From Candidatus Heimdallarchaeota archaeon B3_Heim (GTDB taxonomy: Archaea; Asgardarchaeota; Heimdallarchaeia; Hodarchaeales; Hodarchaeaceae): a stretch of DNA of 32,000 bases. The notes below the pieces were generated by a model, which made no database searches, was not told where the DNA came from, and saw only the letters and a program-made list of their open reading frames with translations. Of the stretch, positions 26,664 to 32,000 are shown piece after piece. The stretch covers positions 17,443 to 49,442 of the forward strand of contig NJBF01000033.1 of the NCBI GenBank assembly GCA_003144275.1, given 5' to 3'. The first letter of the stretch is position 1. Each line of letters starts with the position of its first letter. The position numbers and the translations under genes are program-made.

Positions 26664-27466
26664 TTACTCCCAACTCAGCCAAATTAATGCTAAAAAGAAG
26701 AAAGGATATACATAAACAAGTCATTTTTCATGAAGATTACTATTTGGAATACACTTTTGATCCCGCTGCAAAACCTGGTCGAATGGAGGCGATTATGAAT
26801 GAATTATCAGATTTTTCAGTTATATCGCCTTCTCCCGCTACAATAGAAGATGTCCTACTCGTCCATACAGAAGACCACGCAACTCGTGTACAAAATGACC
26901 ATGACCAAGTTTATCAAAGTGCTTTATTGGCGGTAGGGGGAGCATTATTAGCTGCGGAAAATGCTTACAATCAGCAACCCATGTTTGCTGTAATTCGTCC
27001 TCCAGGTCACCATGCGTCTCCTGATGGTTATTGGGGGTTCTGCTACTTCAATAATATTGCTATTGCTGTTAGATATTATTGCATGCACAAGCAAATACAA
27101 AATGCTTTGATAGTAGATTTTGACCTTCATTTTGGTGATGGTTCAAATCATACATTTAGAAACGATCCTCTTGTCACTTATTATGCCTGCGATGGACATA
27201 CATCGGAAGAATTTCTCTCAAATTTAATAGATTTCCTTGCACAACATAGGAAAGTGGATTTTTTGGCCGTATCCGCAGGATTTGACCGACATGAAGATGA
27301 TTGGGGAAAGCTCCTCTCAACAAAGGACTATCGATCAATAGGTACATTATTGAAGTCGTTCAGTGAGGACCATGGAAAAAATAGACGATTTGCCTGTCTG
27401 GAAGGGGGATATAATCATACTGTTTTAGGGAAAAATGTTCGAGCGTTCATTGAGGGATTTTATTAA
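26660..27466 (+). CDS. Zn-dependent histone deacetylase (HDAC/AcuC) family protein
   Basis: RPPGHHA, GFCYFNNIA, DFDLHFGDG, SAGFD and LEGGY are all intact. ATG 26660 overlaps the methyltransferase TGA (ATGA). Confidence 0.9.
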   Translation: MITPNSAKLMLKRRKDIHKQVIFHEDYYLEYTFDPAAKPGRMEAIMNELSDFSVISPSPATIEDVLLVHTEDHATRVQNDHDQVYQSALLAVGGALLAAENAYNQQPMFAVIRPPGHHASPDGYWGFCYFNNIAIAVRYYCMHKQIQNALIVDFDLHFGDGSNHTFRNDPLVTYYACDGHTSEEFLSNLIDFLAQHRKVDFLAVSAGFDRHEDDWGKLLSTKDYRSIGTLLKSFSEDHGKNRRFACLEGGYNHTVLGKNVRAFIEGFY

Positions 27467-27481
27467 GATCAAACCTAGTTT

Positions 27482-27802
27482 TTAATCCCCTAAAACTCCT
27501 TGCATCATGCTTTTATATTTTTCAAAGGCTGATATTCCATTTTGCGTAATTTCTAAGATTGTAGTAGGTTTTTTTTCCCGAAAAGTTTTTGTTATCTTGA
27601 TGTATCCCGCTGCTTCTAGTTTGGAGGCATGGCTAGAAAGATTTCCCCAAGAAAGCTGTGTCTTTCTCCTGAAGAATATTAAATCGGCGTTTTTAACGAC
27701 ATACAAATAAGATAAGATAATAAGTCGTGAGGGCACATGAATAACCTTATCAATATCTGTATTAAATGGAAAATCATCTGCAATACCTTGATGTCCTTCC
27801 AA
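27482..27802 (-). CDS. Winged-helix (MarR/ArsR-like, HTH_34-type) transcriptional regulator
   Basis: DKVIHVPSRLIILSYL, LSWGNLSSHASKLEAAGYI, the wing KTFREKKPTT, and ITQNGISAF. Confidence 0.88.
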   Translation of the reverse strand: MEGHQGIADDFPFNTDIDKVIHVPSRLIILSYLYVVKNADLIFFRRKTQLSWGNLSSHASKLEAAGYIKITKTFREKKPTTILEITQNGISAFEKYKSMMQGVLGD

Positions 27803-27804
27803 AA

Positions 27805-28446
27805 TTAATCCTCCTCAAGAACAATAACAGGATAATTTCGGATAAACCAGATATACCTAATTACGCCTAATGCTAATACCAATAATCCGAGAGTAAAGAA
27901 GTACAAATACATACCATCAAAAATATTCGGGAAGTCAAGTGTCGAAATTCCCAATCCTAGGATGGAGGAAAATATTCCGAAAACGTAGTAATATCTTTGA
28001 CCTGTTTTCTCTACAAGGAATAAACTTGGACCAAACATGATTAAGCCAAACATAAAGGGTACCCATGAGTACCATAAGGAAATATCAAGAATCTTTCCTT
28101 CAAATACCATCATAAAAGTAAAAGTAAGAATAACTGCAACTAGGAGAAGAATGAGCACATCTCGAAGAGATGTTTTCATAGAGTAATTCTCTATTTTTTC
28201 TTGCTCTTTAAACTCCACTCTACCAATACGAGGATAAGTTGTTCGCTGCCTAATATATTCAATAGCCTGTGGACTAAGAAAAAGGAGAAAGGGAACAAAT
28301 ACCACAAAAATCGGATTTAGTATAAGTAACGGGGAAAATAACAGTATTAAACCAGCAAAAAATTCAGTAATTCCATCAATCATAAATTCATTAAATGTTT
28401 TTTGCTCTAGTTCCTTTAAATTAATTTCATCATTCAATGCAATCAC
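27805..28446 (-). CDS. Hypothetical membrane protein (about 6 TM), co-transcribed with the regulator
   Basis: DG near the N-terminus and the TYPRIGRV loop; its stop lies 2 bp before the regulator start. Confidence 0.75.
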   Translation of the reverse strand: MIALNDEINLKELEQKTFNEFMIDGITEFFAGLILLFSPLLILNPIFVVFVPFLLFLSPQAIEYIRQRTTYPRIGRVEFKEQEKIENYSMKTSLRDVLILLLVAVILTFTFMMVFEGKILDISLWYSWVPFMFGLIMFGPSLFLVEKTGQRYYYVFGIFSSILGLGISTLDFPNIFDGMYLYFFTLGLLVLALGVIRYIWFIRNYPVIVLEED

Positions 28447-28497
28447 CTAAGACATGTAAGTTGTTAATTAGACTAGTGGTTAATACATATTAAATAG

Positions 28498-28527
28498 CTT
28501 TGTATGAAGGAAGTACTTCATACAAAG
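28498..28527. promoter_or_regulatory. Perfect inverted repeat (12-bp arms, 6-bp spacer); candidate operator
   Basis: CTTTGTATGAAG-gaagta-CTTCATACAAAG lies in the divergent intergenic region, next to a TATA-like TATTTAATA on the minus strand (28496-28488). Confidence 0.65.
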
Positions 28528-28654
28528 TACAAACCAATTTCAATTAGAGAAAGGAAAAACGGTTTATTTACAATTCTAACCTCGTAGCCATAATGTTATG
28601 ATAATGAGGAAATCAAGTCTTAATAATTATAAAGAAATCTTAGATGGGATAATC

Positions 28655-29560
28655 ATGAATCTAATACGTACACCAGAAAAGAATTTTGATAATTTACCTG
28701 GATTTCTATATGAACCTAAATATGTAACATTAAATGGCGCAAGAGTTCATTATATTGATGAAGGATCAGGCGATGTCATTTTATGTCTTCATGGTGAACC
28801 AACTTATTCATATCTTTATCGTAAGATGGTTAAACCATTTACAAGTGCTGAAAAGCGAGTTATCTCTTTTGATTTCATTGGTTTTGGAAGATCAGATAAA
28901 TTTACTTCTTTAGAGGATTATACATATGATATGCACTATAAAACATTAACAAAATTCGTGGAAGAATTAGATTTACATGATATTACACTTGTTGTTCAGG
29001 ATTGGGGTGGATTGATTGGACTACCATTTGCAGCGAATAACCCAGAGAAGATCAAGAATTTAGTAATTATGAATACTGGTTTGCCATCAGGACGATCTAA
29101 ACCGACTGAAGCTTTTATGCAATGGCGGGAATTTGTGGAAAACAATCCTGATTTACCTATTGGGATGGTTATAGAACTAGGGTTGGCAAATAAGGAAAAC
29201 ATTGCACCTGAAATTCTAAAAGCGTATGAAGCCCCTTTTCCTGAAGAAAAATACAAAGTTGGAGCACGAGCCTGGCCATTACTTGTCCCAATCTCCCCCG
29301 ACAATCCGGTAGCAACTATTATGCTTGAAACAAGAGAAAAATTAAAAAAATGGAATAAACCAGCATTAGTTATGTTTTCGGATAAGGATCCTATTACTAG
29401 AGGTGCTGACAAATTCTTCAGGAAATTAATTCCAACTGCCAGAGATAATCCCGAAATTGTAATTAGAAATGCTGGTCATTTTCTCCAAGAAGAAAAAGGC
29501 GAAGAAATCGCAGACCATATTATAAATTTCTTAAATTCAGAAGAATTAAAAGAGAATTAA
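28655..29560 (+). CDS. Haloalkane dehalogenase (HLD-I, DhlA/DhmA-like)
   Basis: LCLHGEPTYSYLYR, FDFIGFGRSDK, VQDWGG, FMQW, FSDKDP, AGHFLQEE. ATG 28655 (MNLIRTPE) is preferred. Confidence 0.85.
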   Translation: MNLIRTPEKNFDNLPGFLYEPKYVTLNGARVHYIDEGSGDVILCLHGEPTYSYLYRKMVKPFTSAEKRVISFDFIGFGRSDKFTSLEDYTYDMHYKTLTKFVEELDLHDITLVVQDWGGLIGLPFAANNPEKIKNLVIMNTGLPSGRSKPTEAFMQWREFVENNPDLPIGMVIELGLANKENIAPEILKAYEAPFPEEKYKVGARAWPLLVPISPDNPVATIMLETREKLKKWNKPALVMFSDKDPITRGADKFFRKLIPTARDNPEIVIRNAGHFLQEEKGEEIADHIINFLNSEELKEN

Positions 29561-29581
29561 TAAGGTATAATGGAAATGAAC

Positions 29582-30177
29582 ATGTCTAGGAGTATCTATA
29601 CTAGGAAAGGGGATAAAGGGAAACAGGAATGTTAACAGGAGAGCGGATCGAAAAAATTGACCCACGAATAGAAGCTTATGGGACAGTTGATGAATTAATT
29701 ACAAGTTTAGGGGTAAGTAAAGTTTTTTCGAAGCCTCTCCTTTCTGAATTTATCCATAAGATCCAGCAGCACTTATTCATGATAGCAGCTGAATTAGCTA
29801 CCCCAATTCACCATTTCGAGGAAAAAAATGATCTGTTAAAGGGAATTAAAAGGACCACCTCTGAAGACGTAATTGAATTGGAGACAATTGCAGATGAACT
29901 AACCGATCAACTTCCCCCGATAAAAAATTTTGTTATTCCAGGAGGAACTAAATCAGCAGCTTTTATACACCAGTCTAGAACCATTTGTCGGCGTGCAGAA
30001 AGGCATATTATTCGATTTATGAATTTAGAGGAAGTTAATCCTGAGATCTTGAGATATATTAACCGCTTGTCTGATCTTCTCTTTGTCTTCAGTCGTTTTG
30101 CGAATGTCAAATTAGGTGAAGGAGATCAGATAATTTCCCGACACGGGGTAACTAATCAAAAACATGACTCACCTTGA
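29582..30177 (+). pseudogene. pduO: PduO-type ATP:cob(I)alamin adenosyltransferase with a 1-nt frameshift near 29618-29623 (real or assembly error)
   Basis: MSRSIYTRKGDKG from 29582 ends at TAA 29633. The -1 frame carries TGMLTGERIEK...AYGTVDE, FVIPGG, RTICRRAER and YINRLSDLLF. Confidence 0.8.
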
Positions 30178-30179
30178 TA

Positions 30180-31154
30180 TCAATCTTCAATTAAACTTGA
30201 TAATGTATTAAAAAAATCAGTTAAATCGATATTCCCTCCTGAAATAATCAAACCAATTTTCTTATTTTTGATTTTGTACTTCACTTCTTCATTTACAAGA
30301 CGAAATAATCCTGCTAAGGGAACAGCTCCAGATGGTTCAACTACTATCTTCATTCTTTCCCAAAGAAACTTCATAGCGGAAATAATTTGTTTTTCAGAAA
30401 CTGTGATTATATCATCTACGTTTTCTTTTATAATCTTAAATGTGATATCTCCCAAATTCGTACGTAGCCCATCAGCGATAGTTTTAGGGTTTACAGATGG
30501 GTATATTTTTGTTCCATCCTTAAATGAGAGGTATGCATCATTGGCATTTAGTGGTTCGATACCGATAACAATTGTATCTGGAAATAGAGATTTGACACAT
30601 ATTGAAGTTCCACTGAGTAATCCTCCACCTCCTACAGGTGCTAATACATAATCTAGTTCCCCTACTTCGGTTAAAAGTTCATAAGCAGCTGTACCTGCCC
30701 CATGGATTATCTTGTAATCATTGTAAGGGTGAACAAGAGGATACCCATATTTTTCAACAACTTCTTTGGTTTTTACTACGCGATCTGTTGGGGAATTTCC
30801 ACATTCAATAATTGTCGCACCATATCCTCTAGTAGCCGCTTTTTTAACAAGAGGAGCATTTTTCGGCATAATTATTAATGCTTTCACTCCTAATTCACGT
30901 GCAGCCAAGGCAACGGCCTGAGCATGATTACCTGATGAATGAGTTATCACTCCAGCTGGATGTGAGTCTTCTATGAGTTGTTTAATAGCATTGAATGCTC
31001 CACGAGCTTTAAATGCGCCTATCCGCTGATAATTCTCGCATTTAACGTAAATATGAGCTGAGCTGAGTTCATTAAGAGTACGAGATGTCATAACAGGTGT
31101 TTTATTTACATAATCCTTTATTCTTTGATATGCATCAATGATATCTTGACTCAT
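30180..31154 (-). CDS. Fold-type II PLP enzyme, serine racemase / serine-threonine dehydratase family
   Basis: KCENYQRIGAFKARGA (PLP Lys), THSSGNHAQA, VGGGGLLSG, IEPLNAND, TIADG, VEPSGA, ISGGNID. Confidence 0.9.
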   Translation of the reverse strand: MSQDIIDAYQRIKDYVNKTPVMTSRTLNELSSAHIYVKCENYQRIGAFKARGAFNAIKQLIEDSHPAGVITHSSGNHAQAVALAARELGVKALIIMPKNAPLVKKAATRGYGATIIECGNSPTDRVVKTKEVVEKYGYPLVHPYNDYKIIHGAGTAAYELLTEVGELDYVLAPVGGGGLLSGTSICVKSLFPDTIVIGIEPLNANDAYLSFKDGTKIYPSVNPKTIADGLRTNLGDITFKIIKENVDDIITVSEKQIISAMKFLWERMKIVVEPSGAVPLAGLFRLVNEEVKYKIKNKKIGLIISGGNIDLTDFFNTLSSLIED

Positions 31155-31396
31155 GAATTTAGGAAATAATCAATTCATATTAAAATTTTAGGGCAGGTAA
31201 GGTGAACGAGAGTTCAGGACAGACTGTTCACTTATCCAAATATGGCGATTTTAGATTTCACCCATAATCTACAAATTCAGTCATGGGTTTGTTACTCTGA
31301 AGTAAGAGTTCGGGCAAAATTTCATCATCAAAAAAATGAGGAAGATCGACACAAGTTATGTACGGATATTATGTGTGATTTACAATTCCATTCTAA

Positions 31397-31564
31397 CTAT
31401 TTTGAATCAAAAAGATCATCAAGTTCAGTTAGAGCATCAGAAATTGAATATTTAGAAAGAACATTTTGACCCTGAACTATTTGTGTGATAATCGATTTCT
31501 GAGAATCAGTCATATCTTGCATTAATTCCTTGAAGAGTTGTGCACCATCAATAGGGTCTTGCAT
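31397..31564 (-). CDS. Small hypothetical ORF (55 aa) or the 5' part of a degraded gene
   Basis: MQDPIDGAQLFKELMQDMTDSQKSIITQIVQGQNVLSKYSISDALTELDDLFDSK*; helical, protein-like composition, with TTTATAAATA about 68-77 bp upstream. It is not in the ORF track. Confidence 0.35.
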   Translation of the reverse strand: MQDPIDGAQLFKELMQDMTDSQKSIITQIVQGQNVLSKYSISDALTELDDLFDSK

Positions 31565-31954
31565 CTGTTAGCCTCTTTGTACTAATTTCTAATGATAAAA
31601 AACTGAATGACAATTATACTAAATGCTTAACTTTATAAATATTTCTTAGATTCTTGCTGCAGATCTATCTAAATTGAGAGATTACCTAAATTTTCGTATT
31701 ACTCTCGTATTATCCCAGTTTTACCAGATCAGTCCTTTTAGTCGGTGAAGGTAAATAAATGGGTCAAAGATAGAAATACACCAAAAAAGAAATACTGGAC
31801 TTGTCTAAAGGTCAAATAGATCACTCTTCATGTTCGAATCATTTTTGGTGTTGTATCCAGTAGTATTTTTTTCGAGATTTCGTCTAAATTGTTGTAACTA
31901 AGCTATGGGGAGGAAAATTGCTAAAAAAGCATTATAATCGTTAAAAGAAAGTGA

Positions 31955-32000
31955 ATGACACTGGAGGGAAAGATAAAAGAAGGTAAAAATGAGGGAAAGA
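31955..32000 (+). CDS. Possible start of a gene running off the window end
   Basis: ATG 31955 opens MTLEGKIKEGKNEGK to the edge. There is only a weak resemblance to the archaeal riboflavin kinase N-terminal motif (LxGxVxSGxGEG). Confidence 0.25.
   Translation, partial: MTLEGKIKEGKNEGK

Noticed and set aside
29618-29624. Programmed -1 ribosomal frameshift at GGGAAAC in pduO
   Set aside because: The zero frame reads GGG AAA C rather than G GGA AAC, so canonical tandem slippage does not apply, and I saw no obvious downstream stimulatory structure.
28655-30177. A cobalamin-dependent dehalogenation pathway linking the dehalogenase and pduO
   Set aside because: Haloalkane dehalogenases are cofactor-free hydrolases, and reductive dehalogenases do not use adenosylcobalamin. 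Adjacency alone is not evidence.
463-30651. Numerous short overlapping ORFs in the track (e.g. 463-681, 2230-2445, 8019-8399, 9947-10228, 13591-13881, 17192-17527, 20149-20454, 28996-29412, 30268-30651)
   Set aside because: They are antisense or alternate-frame shadows of well-supported genes and have no recognisable motifs.
31242-31469. Plus-strand 75-aa ORF from the track
   Set aside because: It has no motifs and atypical composition; the opposite strand gives more protein-like frames.
1-32000. rRNA, tRNA, CRISPR array, IS/transposase or prophage genes
   Set aside because: I saw no repeat-spacer periodicity, cloverleaf-like or GC-rich structural RNA segments, transposase/integrase motifs or terminal inverted repeats by eye. 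Covariance-model searches were not run.

Overview
AT-rich (roughly one-third GC by eye), densely coding archaeal window. It most likely comes from an Asgard archaeon (Heimdallarchaeia/Hodarchaeales-like). This is an inference from the Roadblock/LC7 protein, the archaeal AMP phosphorylases, the PGF-CTERM-like tails and the TATA-type promoters; no database search was run. No rRNA, tRNA, CRISPR array, transposase or integrase was seen. Most of the roughly 30 genes are metabolic or membrane genes. Main observations: (1) two tandem AMP phosphorylase paralogs carry different, non-overlapping active-site substitutions; copy 1 has Asp>Asn at the putative proton donor, while copy 2 keeps the Asp but has SR>TY and S>G at AMP-binding positions. 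(2) A tightly coupled 6-kb three-gene operon encodes a DOMON/CBM9-like anchored protein, an extracellular (alpha/alpha)6-barrel protein and a 1141-aa zinc-ribbon polytopic membrane protein, downstream of a 16-bp palindrome that abuts a TATA box. (3) A haloalkane dehalogenase with a full HLD-I catalytic pentad is divergent from a membrane protein/winged-helix regulator pair, with a perfect 12-bp-arm inverted repeat between them. (4) An orphan N6-adenine DNA methyltransferase overlaps an HDAC-family deacetylase by ATGA. (5) The pduO gene has a 1-nt frameshift that separates its ATP-binding motif from the rest. (6) A PLP enzyme carries serine-racemase-type motifs. (7) Several gene remnants are present.
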